Shown piece by piece: positions 41,601 to 54,439 of a DNA stretch of 64,000 nucleotides. The position numbers and the translations under genes were made by a program. The notes below the pieces were generated by a model, which searched no databases, was not told the DNA's origin, and was given only the letters and a program-made list of their open reading frames with translations. The stretch spans positions 288,486,001 to 288,550,000 of the forward strand of contig OZ024741.1 in NCBI GenBank assembly GCA_964016885.1. The letters are read 5' to 3'. Positions within the stretch are counted from its first letter, which is position 1, and the number at the start of each line of letters is the position of its first letter. Origin of the DNA: Eledone cirrhosa. Lineage: Eukaryota.

Positions 41601-42117
41601 CCAGAGGTCCCTAGCCTGGCAGTGTTACCGGGGGGCTCTGCCCGTTCGAGAAAAGCTCTACAGACACGGGCGCCCGGGCAGGGATCCCGCGAAAAAGATC
41701 TGTCCCAGATGCGTGCGCGACGAGGAAACCGTTGCGCATGCACTGGTACACTGCCCGGGCGTTGCCGATCGGTGGGGCTACGTCGAACGACTGCTGTCGC
41801 GTGTGGCGCCGATTCGATTAACCGCCGAGTCTGTGGTGAACATCAAGCCGCCTCCTCCCTTCAGAAATGAAGCAGAGGCGGTCTTTCTGTGCGTAATAGC
41901 CATGATGAAAGAGGTTGTGTGGTGGACGCGCCTGAAAGGTCTGAGGTCGGGTGACTTTCTCTCCGGCCATCACCTGGTTTACTTCTTCCGATACCACTTC
42001 GGAAGAAGAATCAGGATGGAGAGAGAAGTGCTTGGTCCCAGACAGTTTTATGAAAGGTGGGTGAAAGAAGCGAGAATGGCCCGTGTAAATGGGCCTTCTC
42101 TCTACATTGTTCTGTAG
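38684..42117 (+). CDS. LINE ORF2 (APE endonuclease, reverse transcriptase, C-terminal Zn motif); 1-nt frameshift at about 38948
   Basis: CLNARG, YAP, GDWN, SYLDRF, SDH; KSPGLDG, FRPITLLN, DQSKAFDRVDH, RQGCPLS, YADD; CPRC..ETVAHALVHC. Confidence 0.95.
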
Positions 42118-42406
42118 GTGAAGAAGTGAAGAGGAAAGGGGGAGCGCCTCCTCTCTGGGCTTCCCCCGCGAAAAGAGTTGCACACTTTTCGGGGGTATGT
42201 GCAATCCCCAACACGCCCCCTCCCTTTTGAGGACTTTTTATTGTTATATTATTATTGTTATTCCTTTTTTCTTTACTCGATTTATGTAAACTCCCCCACT
42301 GTGTAAATGTCCCCTTCTTTTGTGCCCTCGTGGCAAATAAATAGAAATTTATCTATATATCTATATCTATAGATCTCTCTCTCTTACCCCCTCTCTCTCT
42401 CACTCT

Positions 42407-42474
<68 letters not shown>

Positions 42475-42548
42475 TATTTATTTATTTATAGGGCGGTGCC
42501 CCAGCATGGCCTCAGCCGGATGGCTGGAACAGGTAAAAGAGTAAAAGA

Positions 42549-42588
<40 letters not shown>

Positions 42589-42910
42589 ATTTGTGATTTA
42601 CAGAAACCTAGCGGAGATATTGTGGATTATATGTGATGTATATTATATGGTATATATTATATGTATTATTTGTTATGTATGATGTCGGCGCGATGGTCCA
42701 GGTTAGTCAAATTTTTCCTGAGTTCAGTCTTTTTCGTGGCTATGGTCACTGCGGCCCTTCTATCGGTCGGTGTATTCATTTTGCAAAGCTGTCTAAACGT
42801 AATGTTATAACTCTAGGGTTATATACCCTATCCGAGTTCTTAGTTGCACACCGAAACTGCATTCGTTTGCTTGGCTGCAACCATGGTTTCGTTGATGCTG
42901 TACTAAATTT

Positions 42911-42991
<81 letters not shown>

Positions 42992-43659
42992 ACTTATATA
43001 TGCATGATGGATCATGCATCGCTTTTGACGATGAGTCTTTAGTTGTTTGACCAACGGAACATCTGATTCATTAAATAGTGTAGTAAAAGGATGCTTATAC
43101 TACAAGCATTTCTTCTTTTATGTAATTCCTTAGGTGAACCAGTGTGTGACATTGTGTGGAAAGTTAAATCTTTGAATTATAGTTAGGGTCTCCCCGACAG
43201 TATGACTGCTTAATGTCACTTACGAAACTTGATTCGATTTGAAGCTATGGTAAAAATTCGTTGCCTCACAGTGGGACCGAAAGCAGGTTCTGATGATTTT
43301 TGAAGAGAATTTCTTAACCACTAAGTCATGCCTCCTCCAGATAAAAACATGATATAAAAGAAGTAAAATATAGATGGCCATGTTATGGATACTTAATCAA
43401 ACTTCGCTGATTTCCGTCCAGGTCAATTTTATTAAAAAAAAGCTACCATAACATTTTCGAAAAGTAGTGTACAGTGATAGAAGCTAGCACAACATAAAAT
43501 GTGTGTCCATAGATTAACAAAACAGAAGCAGAATTATGCAATCTCCCATCGTTCTTGTGACCATTTCTAATGTATTTGTTTTAGACATTAGAAATTGAGA
43601 TTCTGCAAAAGAAATGGTTCACAAATCAAATATTATTCCACCCCTTCTTCGTTTAATCC

Positions 43660-43808
43660 TGACCTTTACCTCTAACCATTCTTCTAACTCCCAACCTTAA
43701 CACATAATCCAAATCACTAATCCTAAATCCTAAATATATAACCTAACATTAAACCCTAACATCTAACATTAACCTCAAACCTTATCCATAAATACTAACT
43801 CTAACCCG
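43660..43808. repeat. Degenerate (CCCTAA)n-like interstitial tract; short (TTAGGG)n also at 7634-7650
   Basis: cctaac/ccctaac/ctctaac motifs. Confidence 0.55.
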
Positions 43809-44583
43809 GAATCGTAACTGTAAACTTATCTATTTTTCTTTTAGGATCGTAGTCTCCAAAGTCTTAAGTATGGAGGTCAGAAGACATTTTCTGAAAAAAG
43901 TAATACATTATAACTTATTGGGGAGGGAGGGGGGTCCTTGTCCGCAGATCGATTCTAATTCACTTAATTGATAATTTTATGTGATATCCAATAGGACACT
44001 TACGTTTAAATATTAATTTGTAATTTAAGCACTAACCAGCAAATATGGTGTAAGGATCAAATTATTTAAATCAACCCCAGTACTTGACGGATACATTATT
44101 TTTATCGACCCCGGAAAAGTTGAAGGTAAAGTTAATCCCGGCGACATTTGAACTCAGATTGTAAAGAGCTAGGTGAAATAAGGCAATGACATTTTACTCA
44201 CCCAACACCCAACTAACTTTAAATATTAAAATGAAAATTTTACGTAGAAAATATTCCAAATTAAAAGAAATAATTGTTGCGTGAAAAGTAGCATAATCTA
44301 CTATTTTTAACCCAATCTAGTAACAACCAAACATACAGAGGGGATAATCGGAATGCAGTAAATACGAATACAGAATATGATTGGTTGTAATTGTCTTCCT
44401 TATAATCATCACACACATTATTTATAAATAAATGTATACATATACGTACATAAAACATATTTACACATGTACACATTAAGTCACATATGTATATACACAC
44501 GTGTGCATCGATATATATTTTATTTCTTCTCATATTTTTGTTTCCTATTCCATAATTCTTTCCTCTTTACTACATTATATATA

Positions 44584-45073
44584 CTAGCAGAACCCCCCCC
44601 CCAGAAGGGTGGTTTTCTGCTAGCATATATATATTATATATTGATATTATACGCAAATATATATGCATGTAGATATATGTCAAATAAAATCGTAATTGAC
44701 AATATCCACAGAAATTGAAAAGAGTCTGTGTTACACTGTCTTCTGCAATCAGCAAAGTAATCCATGATACATTTAAAAAAGACGATATTATATATAAACT
44801 GCATTAGGAGAAAATTAGCGACGGAAATATATGCGATGTAATAAATGTTATAATATAACAGGTGCTACCCGGAAGTGTTGACATTTGAAAATTTTAAAGA
44901 AGTGAATCTTTAAATAAGCAATAAATTTATTTATATTTAATCAAGAGTTACGAAATTAAGTACATAAATTATGTAATATTCATTCATTATTTATTCAAAG
45001 TAATCCAACGTATTTTACAAACGGGATAAAAAAATATATTCTGGACGCAGTCTCGCACTCTTCCCTTTATTAT
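44584..45073 (-). mobile_element. Non-autonomous Helitron (inverted copy of 24183-24683)
   Basis: Reverse-complement similarity along its length; CTAG-bounded terminal hairpin. Confidence 0.8.
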
Positions 45074-46385
45074 CTACTTATATATATAACCAGCAATTTC
45101 TCTGTCTGTCTGTCCGACAGTAGAAACACGTGCGTAGAGAGAGAGTGAGAGTGAAAGAAAGAGACAGACTACGAGAGGGGGATAGCGGGAGGGAGAGAGG
45201 GAAAGAGAGAGTGAATAGACGCTAAAACACGTGCTACAGAAACATTACCTTCCCCTCTCCACTGACTTTGGTCACTGAGGCCGAGGGAATCGCTGGTTGC
45301 TATAGAGACACCTTGCACAAGCCAGAAGTAACCAGTTCGAGGCGGTTCTGACTTGACACCATGCGAAGAAGGTTGCCATTGAATTTGTGGTTGTTGCTGC
45401 TGATAATAAGGACCATTTGAAGAAGGTTGCTGCTGATGAGGTAATTTATTAATCAGATTGCGCAGTTCCATAACCTACGTTTGATTTGTTCAATTTTTTT
45501 CTTCAATTTTTGTTGTTGTTTTTTTTTAATTTCTTATTGAAAAAATATAAATAATAAAATAAGGTTAGAAATTTAAATACAATTAAATACGATTTAATTT
45601 CCATTTCCAGCAGCCAATGTCCAGTGTTCAATTTCATGAAAAAATTGGAAATAATTCAAAAAATTGAAGTTTAACTTTTGAACATTTGTTTTGACAATTA
45701 AAAAAATATTTCCTTATTCACACCTAATGGTATGATTAAAATTTCATAGGAATATTTTTTTCTAACCGCCAGTTATTTAAATATTATTAAAAATAAATTA
45801 TTTTTTTAAAAGAATGGAAGATTTTGTGGAATTTTTTACCACCTTCCAAGCCTTAAACACTAATTCTCGCGAATTTGTGTTTTGTAATGACCCTCAGGAC
45901 GCTGCTATTGTTGATTCCAATAGTGCCTGGTATTCGAATATGTTAGTATACAATTTTTTAAATAAAATTAAGGCGCAATTAGAGCTGCCAAACAAAATTT
46001 TTTTCGGCTTCGGCCCATATTATATAATGGGGATGATGATGATGATGATATACATAGTTAAATATGTATATGTAATCTCCTTATAATATATAACCAGCAA
46101 TTTCTCTGTCTGTCCGACAGTGGAAACACGTGCGCGCGTGCGAATGTTTTTTGCGCACGCGTAGATAGAGAGTGAGAGTGAAAGAAAGAGACAGACTACA
46201 AGAGGGGGATAGCGGGAGGGAGAGGGGGGGGAATTGAGGAGTGCTACAGAAACATATATACATTTCTGTGTGTGTGTAATATATATATATATATATACAC
46301 ACACAGAAATATATATACATTTCTGTGTGTGTAATATATATATATATACTAGCAAAAAACCACCCGGTGGGTGGTTTTCTGCTAG
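45073..46385 (+). mobile_element. Composite non-autonomous Helitron with a duplicated 5' end (45073 and 46076) and internal cargo
   Basis: tc..ttat..atatataaccagcaatttctctgtctgtc..cgacag occurs twice; 3' hairpin aaaaccaccc ggt gggtggtttt followed by ctgCTAG. Confidence 0.7.
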
Positions 46386-47705
46386 TCTATATATATAAAA
46401 CTGAGGATGTCTGTCTGTGTGTGTGTGAGTTCGAATCCCTAAAACTCAAGAAACACCCAACCGACTCTTTTCAAACTTTACACATGTAATACTTATGTTT
46501 CAGGGAGTGTTCTGAGCAAAAATTTCAAATTTTCAATGCCCTAGGGACCGCATTTGGCGATTTAGCGATCTCGCTCAATAATTCTTAGTCTTTCTCTTTT
46601 TAGATAGATACATACATATAACGTCGCGCCCTTATATTATCTGTCTGTATGTCTGACTGTCTGTATTACGTCAGCAATACTAAGCTTAGCTAAGGCGGTT
46701 ATATATTTCACACAACACTAAAAATTAAAGCCGGTAAAGAAAAACATCGCTGTAATAGCTTCAGTTTGTTTACTTACGTGCCTTTATGAGAACAAAAGTT
46801 ACTATTTTACCGCTTAGTGTTGTAGAGAAGCACCAAACCGACTGTTTTCAAACTTTACACGTGTAATACTTATGTTTCAGGGAGTGTTCTGAGCAAAAAG
46901 AAATTCAAATTTTCAATGCCCTAGGGACCGCATTAGGCGATTTAGCGATCTCGCTCTATAATTCTTACTCTTTCTCTTTTTAGATAGATACATACATATA
47001 ACGTCGCGCCCTTATAATATCTGTCTGTATGTCTGGCTGTCTGCATTACGTCACTTCCCTGAGGATGTCTGTCTGTGTGTGGGTGTGTATCTGTTAGTTT
47101 GAATCCCTAAAACTCGAGAGGTACCCAACCGATTTTTCTCAAACTTTACATGTGTATTACTTGTTTCAGGGAGTATTATGCACATAAAATTATGCACATA
47201 AAATTCAATTTTTTAAAAATCTCCTAGGGCATGCATTAGGTGAAAAACTGCTTTTTAAAAGATTTTTAGTTTTTTTTTGAGGCGTTACGTGAGACCGATT
47301 TCCTTGAAATTGTAACTATGTATTAGCCAGTCCCTTCTTCATACCGTAAGCAAAGAAAATACAACTTTCTTATGGTCTAGAGCCCGCATTGGGTGAACAA
47401 CTTCATTTTTTCAGCTTCTTGGGGCTTTTTGGAGGCATTACATCTAGCCGATTTTCCCGAAATTTAAAGGCATATTATGCACATAAAAAAAAATTCATTT
47501 TCTTGATCCCCTAGGACCCGCATTAGGTGAAAACCTGAATTTTTCCTGCTTCATCGAGGAAAATCTTAAAGATTATCCAGCCATCAGAGTATTCGGTTTA
47601 TTTTCTTTACATATTGTCCAGGCATGCAGTTTTTCCACGGTTAGGTCTGTTGGCGGCCCGCGTTCCAAAATATCTATCTCGTACAACGCCGGGTACTACT
47701 GCTAG
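46386..47705 (+). mobile_element. Non-autonomous Helitron with internal duplications
   Basis: 5' TCTATATATATAAAACTGAGG; 3' ctcgtacaacgccggg hairpin then gCTAG|T; about 46455-46672 is duplicated at about 46835-47053. Confidence 0.85.
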
Positions 47706-47911
47706 TATATATATATATATATGATTAGTTCTTTCGTTGTTTTGGTATTGTGTGGTTGGTTTTGCCTACCGCAATGTTCAATTTGTCAAGCTATTTAAAC
47801 GTATGTTATTACTCTAAGGACCTACCCTTATTGAGTGCTTTGCTACTCATTCCTTATTGTAGGTCGACTTTGCTTGGCCACAATCAAAGCTTCGATTTTA
47901 CTAACCTTCCA

Positions 47912-47970
<59 letters not shown>

Positions 47971-47974
<4 letters not shown>

Positions 47975-48362
47975 GTAGAACACTGGAAGGTAATATCCGT
48001 AGTGGTAGAGCACTCAGTCCATGGGACGAGTTAGGTAGAAGTGGTTACACAACAGTTAGTTCACCATACCGAGAACAATTGTTTCACCTTAGCTGATCCT
48101 CAGCTCGTAATGGACATGGGTATACGGAACAGGAAGGACAACCGTACGAACGCGCATGCGCAGAAACGATCACTTCACACAGGCAATACTAAATTGCGTG
48201 CGAGAGGTGTAAGGGAGATAACTGGAAGTGATCGTTTCTGCGCATGCGCGTTCGTACGGTTGTCCTTCCTGTTCCGTATAATCATGTCCATCACGAGCTG
48301 AGGATCCGCTAAGGTGAAACAATTGTTCTCGGTATGGAGAACTAACTGTTGTGTAACCACTT
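47971..48362. mobile_element. Penelope-like fold-back element with two hammerheads (48070-48107 minus; 48294-48331 plus)
   Basis: 138-bp arms at 48039-48176 and 48225-48362. Reads CGAG-CUGAGGA-UCCGCUAAGGU-GAAA-CAAUUGUU/CUCG with a palindromic stem III. Confidence 0.82.
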
Positions 48363-48384
48363 ATATATATATATATATATATAT

Positions 48385-49293
48385 AATAAAAAATTGAACA
48401 GGGACAGAACAGAGAGGCAGTACGACAAATGTTTATTAGAGTCACGCTCAGGAGAGTGGGGGGGTAGGTGGAGGACGACGTTTCGGGCATAAGCCCTTCT
48501 TCAGGTAAGAGTTCAAAAGGTGTGTAGGGGAGTGGTGGAGAGACATATAGCGAAAGGAAACGGTGCGAATGAAAAATTAACAAATAAAGCATATACGGAA
48601 AAAAAAGGGGTACGGTAACAAAATCAAACAGAGGTAATGCGTGGAAGGAAAGACAAAGTGTGGGAAGGTGTGTAAAGTTCGGAGAAAGGTCACGGCGGAT
48701 TAGATCGGGGTTGAGCCGGTTGTTAAATTCCAAGGATGGAGGCCGTGTGAGCGTGTGTTTTGTATAATAAAAAATTGAACAGGGACAGAACAGAGAGGCA
48801 GTACGACAAATGTTTATTAGATTCACGCTCAGGAGAGTGGGGGGTAGGTGGAGGACGACGTTTCGGGCATAAGCCCTTCTTCAGGTACTGCCTCTCTGTT
48901 CTGTCCCTGTTCAATTTTTTATTATACAAAACACACGCTCACACGGCCTCCATCCTTGGAATTTAACAACCGGCTCAACCCCGATCTAATCCGCCGTGAC
49001 CTTTCTCCGAACTTTACACACCTTCCCACACTTTGTCTTTCCTTCCACGCATTACCTCTGTTTGATTTTGTTACCGTACCCCTTTTTTTTCCGTATATGC
49101 TTTATTTGTTAATTTTTCATTCGCACCGTTTCCTTTCGCTATATGTCTCTCCACCACTCCCCTACACACCTTTTGAACTCTTACCTGAAGAAGGGCTTAT
49201 GCCCGAAACGTCGTCCTCCACCTACCCCCCACTCTCCTGAGCGTGAATCTAATAAACATTTGTCGTACTGCCTCTCTGTTCTGTCCCTGTTCA

Positions 49294-49300
<7 letters not shown>
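48385..49300. mobile_element. Penelope-like pLTR array: partial tandem plus inverted copy, three hammerheads (48475-48506 minus, 48855-48886 minus, 49183-49214 plus)
   Basis: 380-bp direct period; about 415-bp inverted arms; AC-CUGAAGA-A-GGGC[UUAU]GCCC-GAAA-CGUC/GU; (TA)n on both sides. Confidence 0.85.
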
Positions 49301-49362
<62 letters not shown>

Positions 49363-49494
49363 GTGAGGTTTTTTTTACAAAATGAAAAATAACCGAGGTG
49401 TCCTACACGAGTGAAAGTATAAAGAAAAAAAGATGAAATCGAAAATGCAACTGGAGTCTTATTAAAAAAATATATATATATATTTATTTGGTTC

Positions 49495-49530
49495 CTTTAC
49501 CGGTTTCGCAGTTCTTCTGCTTTTCAAAAG
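49495..49530 (-). ncRNA. Degenerate hammerhead-like motif
   Basis: CUU-UUGAAAA-GCAG[AAGAA]CUGC-GAAA-CCGGUA/AAG; the core is mutated. Confidence 0.45.
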
Positions 49531-49668
49531 TAGAGTTGAGATGGAGGGTCTGTGGTTTTTCTCACATCATATATATATATATATATACAGTATATATATA
49601 TACATATTATACTTGGGAAACGCAAATAAGATAAAGAAATATTTACCTATTTACACATATGTATATGT

Positions 49669-49774
<106 letters not shown>

Positions 49775-49879
49775 TGTGTGTGTATGTGTGTATTTGTGGT
49801 GTGTGTGTTGTATCGAGAGTAAATGAAGAGGAAAGTAGGAGAAAAGAAAAAATTAGAAAAAAGATGACAGAGAAGAATA

Positions 49880-49952
49880 AGACGACAACGACGACGACGA
49901 CGACGACGAAGAAGAAGAAGAAGAAGAAGAAGAAGAAGAAGAAGAAGAAGAA

Positions 49953-50016
<64 letters not shown>
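49880..50016. repeat. (GAC)n-(GAA)n tract; further (GAA)n at 50817-50877
   Basis: Direct inspection. Confidence 0.95.
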
Positions 50017-50018
<2 letters not shown>

Positions 50019-50615
50019 TTTGTAGATGGGCAGGGAGGGTTTTTGAATATGGTGTATTTGGTTTTGTTAAGCGAGAGAGGATGTCTTAAAGATAACGGTT
50101 TAAACGGGTCTGTTTTGAGTACGCGGAAGTGGCTGGTGTTTTGGTGATCCCAAACGATCGACGGGTTGGTTACAATATCACCTTTACACTTTGACCCCTT
50201 CTTCTCGGGACTCTTTCGCGCCTTTTCTTTCTTATGTACGTATTTACCAATGTATATATATTTTGCCACCCGTACAAAATCCGCAAGTGGTAATCATTAA
50301 AAAATTACATGCTTAAGTGTATACATACACACACACATATATATATATATATAAACTAACATCATACATACTTATATATATATTTATATAAATATATATA
50401 TATTTATATATATAAATACACACAGACACACAGACACACAGACACACAGACACACACACACATATATATATATATATACGTGAGTGTGTGTGTGTGTGGT
50501 TGTAGATGTAGGTGCGCATGTATGTGTATATGTGTATTTGTGTGTGAATAATTTCACACGAGTCTCCGAGGACTTTGCGAAGGTCATGGGCACTGCTCTT
50601 TCACATGATATGCCG

Positions 50616-50772
<157 letters not shown>

Positions 50773-50847
50773 CACACGTACACAGACTGTTACTTGCATC
50801 GAGTATATAGGAGTTTGAAGAAGAAGAAGAAGAAAAAGAAGAAGAAG

Positions 50848-50879
<32 letters not shown>

Positions 50880-51050
50880 TATAGGAGTTTGTCTGAATAA
50901 ACATACATGAAGAAGGGCACACATCCGTACTTCATGAAGTCGTACACACAGATGCACACACTGACACTGTGAGAAAAACTGATATATGCATATATATATA
51001 TATACGTATATGTATCTATTTATATATCTATTTACCTATCTATCTATCTC

Positions 51051-51126
51051 ACGTTTTTATTGTATGTAAACTTCCCCCTTTGTATTTGTCCCTTTCTTTT
51101 GTGCCCCTGTGGCTAATAAAGAAACA
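51051..51126 (+). mobile_element. About 75-bp 3' stub of the Tx1-like LINE within (TATC)n
   Basis: tatgtaaacttccccc..tgtccc..gtgcccctgtggctaataaagaaa matches the 3' ends at about 42283-42350 and 62324-62390. Confidence 0.85.
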
Positions 51127-51253
51127 TATCTATCTTTCTATCTATCTATCTATCTATCTATCTGTATCTCTATATATCTCTCTATCTATCTATCCATCCA
51201 TCTATCTATCTATCTTTCTATCTGTCTATCTATTTATCTCTCTCTCTATCTCT

Positions 51254-51346
<93 letters not shown>

Positions 51347-51477
51347 CATATATATAAAGATGGAGTAGAAGTCGTAAGTTAGTGACACAAATATACTCTC
51401 ACCCCACAAATGGGAAAGTACTCACACACGTATGTCTCACCCGTCCATATATATAAATATATATATATACATATATA

Positions 51478-51561
<84 letters not shown>

Positions 51562-52309
51562 CATATATATATATATATACAAACACACGTATATATGTAT
51601 ATGTATATATACACGTACTTTAGCATCAATAAAACACATGGGGTTTGGTGCAAAGAAATTTAATCAAGTGTGTACCACCTGCTATATAATCTCCACTCCC
51701 CTTTGACCCGAAGACTTTCTGAACGTCAATCGCGTTCTGGGCTAACAGGTGGTCACGTGATTTAAATTTGCTCTTATGACGTCACACATCCTTTCACTTA
51801 ATATGGATTCCGTGTGTGTATGTGTGTGCGTGTGTGTGAGTGTGTGTGTGTGTGTGTATGCTACGACTCACACACACATTTACATAAATACTCATACGGT
51901 CTCGCTCATACTCACGCAATCACAGAAATGTGTTCACACATATACAAAACCTTAATCATACGTAGCATGTTTTCCTATACAAGCCAAAGAGGTGAACCTT
52001 TAAGTTTCCTCTTGACCTGTTATAAACAGAAGCCAAATCTCCCATAAATTATGCACTGTTGTCTTTAATGTAATCACACTGAACAATATAATCTCGCATA
52101 CACTAAGATACGGGATGGTCATGGTTGGAACACCTTTGACTATCAGTGATAACTTGTAAATAATGATGAATATAATAACAACAAAATCAATATACATACA
52201 TATATTTATAATTACTAGTAAAACGAACGCAGTTTTACAGACAAATTTAAATAGCCATCAATCCATCTATATACACACGCACACAAGACACATGCACACA
52301 TGCACACAT

Positions 52310-52450
<141 letters not shown>

Positions 52451-52506
52451 CATCAGCAAAAGGCCAGACTCGAAAATTTCTTTGACAATTTTAAATCCGC
52501 GAAAGT

Positions 52507-52575
52507 ACTATACATATTTCAATGGCCGAGCAATATCATCCGACTATGATGTAAGACTAGAGGATTTCATCAGGT
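52507..52575 (-). ncRNA. Hammerhead-like motif (stem III identical to the 10421 motif)
   Basis: AC-CUGAUGA-AAU...AUU-GAAA-UAUGUAUA/GU. Confidence 0.5.
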
Positions 52576-52769
52576 GTTAGTTGCAGAATTATATAATAGG
52601 ATTACGTTGAACTCAAAGAGAGAGTAGGAGATAGAAGATACAAAGAAATTGAAAATAGAAAATAGAATATAGAGGACCGATTCGATTCGGGGACCGCCTG
52701 TCAATTTGATGTTATATCGATAGCAGACAATTCCCGAATAGTTGTATCTATTGTTAAACAGCCTAATTT

Positions 52770-52859
<90 letters not shown>

Positions 52860-53071
52860 GGTATTTATAGGTCTCTTCAGGTGGTAGGAGAGGGTAGGGA
52901 GTGGGATGGGTGTAGGTCATTGGTTGATAGAAAAGGGAATTCATTAAAAGCTAATTCTTCAAAGCTATAGTTTATATTTAGAGTAACAAAGACAGAAAGA
53001 ATTCTATAAACAAGTTCAGAATGGGGTGCCACTCCTTATTTTTAAGTTTCTCTTATTATTTTTTGATACCC

Positions 53072-53122
53072 AGATTCCTGATGATTTCTAAAGAAGGAAA
53101 CAGTTCTAGTCCTGTAGAATCT
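53072..53122 (+). ncRNA. Type-I hammerhead ribozyme motif
   Basis: AGAUUC-CUGAUGA-UUUC[UAAA]GAAG-GAAA-CAG[UUCUAGUC]CUG-UA/GAAUCU; all three stems pair. Confidence 0.8.
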
Positions 53123-53204
53123 CATCTATATTAAAACTTTTATACTCTGCAATGTATTGAGTACCTTACTTACTGTGGTTACCTCCGATTCAACCCGGAA
53201 TAAC

Positions 53205-53291
<87 letters not shown>

Positions 53292-53669
53292 CACACACAC
53301 ATACACACATACACACACATATACATATATATATATACTCACATACATAACAAATATATATAGCGAAATTGAACACAAAATGTAAACAGCCAGACCAAAT
53401 ATCGCAATGGCATTTTATATGCCGCTCTAACAATTCTATTAATCCTATCATCATTATTGACATCATTGTAGTCTTCAACTCCACTACACCATTATCATCA
53501 GCATTTTCATTACTTGTTGTTAACGTTGTTGTTGGTGTTAGGCCCCTACTCTATCCACCAAAGGAGCACTGATCAAAAAAGGCCTTGATCAAATGCTTTC
53601 ACTGATTTTAGTAGGTTCCAAGAGTACTTAATTCAGTGCGCCCCTCCTTTTCTTTTATGATGCCGTGAT

Positions 53670-53840
53670 GTGATTTGATGCGACAAACTGGCAGACTCAT
53701 TAGAACTTCAGATAGAATACTTTGCGGTATTCCTTCCGGCTCTCTGCACTCCCTGAGTTCAAATCCCGCCGAGGTCAGCTTCCCTTTCACTGTTTCAAAG
53801 TCAATAAAATAAGTACCAGTCCAGTATTACAGTCGATTCT
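53670..53840 (+). mobile_element. tRNA-derived SINE (Meta/MESC-like); minus-strand copies at about 18770-18835, 44040-44180 and 57600-57780
   Basis: gagttcaaatcccgccgaggtcagcttccctttcac...aataagtaccagt. Confidence 0.75.
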
Positions 53841-53862
53841 TTCTCTATATTTCTTTTTCCCT

Positions 53863-53946
<84 letters not shown>

Positions 53947-54439
53947 GTGTATCTATCTCTCTTCCTCCTCTTGTCCGTAAGAAATCAGCTGTGTTCAGAC
54001 CTTGAGAGTGATGGGCTCCGCGGGGTCAAAATGTCTAAGACATACACATCATTACGGCGCTCTTACGAATCCATCAGAAGTTACGGATTCATGCAACAAT
54101 TACAACAACAAAAGAAAATGACGTAGCTTGATGGAAATTTAGCTGTAGAGGCTAATTCGTCGGTTTGTCATCGTTGTCTTTAGGATAGAAGAGCTGTAAG
54201 CCAACAAACACTCGAGTGTTCTCTATACGTATATATATATATATATGTTAGTGTCTGCCTTTGTATTTACCTGTGAGAGTGTAGTAGTAGTGGAGGTAGA
54301 GCTAGGAGTAGTGGTTGTAAAGGTAGTAGAAGTGGTAGTTGTAGTGGTAGTTGTAGTGGTAGTAGCAGCAAAAACGTTGGTTGTGGTGGTTTCATCGATG
54401 GTAATGTTGGTATTGATGGCGTTAATAGTGGTTATTGGT

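Larger units (their letters stand above)
36644..42350 (+). mobile_element. Near full-length Tx1/L1-clade LINE (copy 1)
   Basis: 5' UTR, ORF1 with a CCHC knuckle, APE-RT ORF2, and a 3' UTR ending gtggcaaataaatagaaatt; flanked by TATC repeats. Confidence 0.93.

Noticed and set aside
53976-54057. miR-317 gene or C/D snoRNA on the minus strand
   Set aside because: The match to miR-317 as I recall it ends after 12 nt, the hairpin is irregular, and box C is absent in the sister copy.
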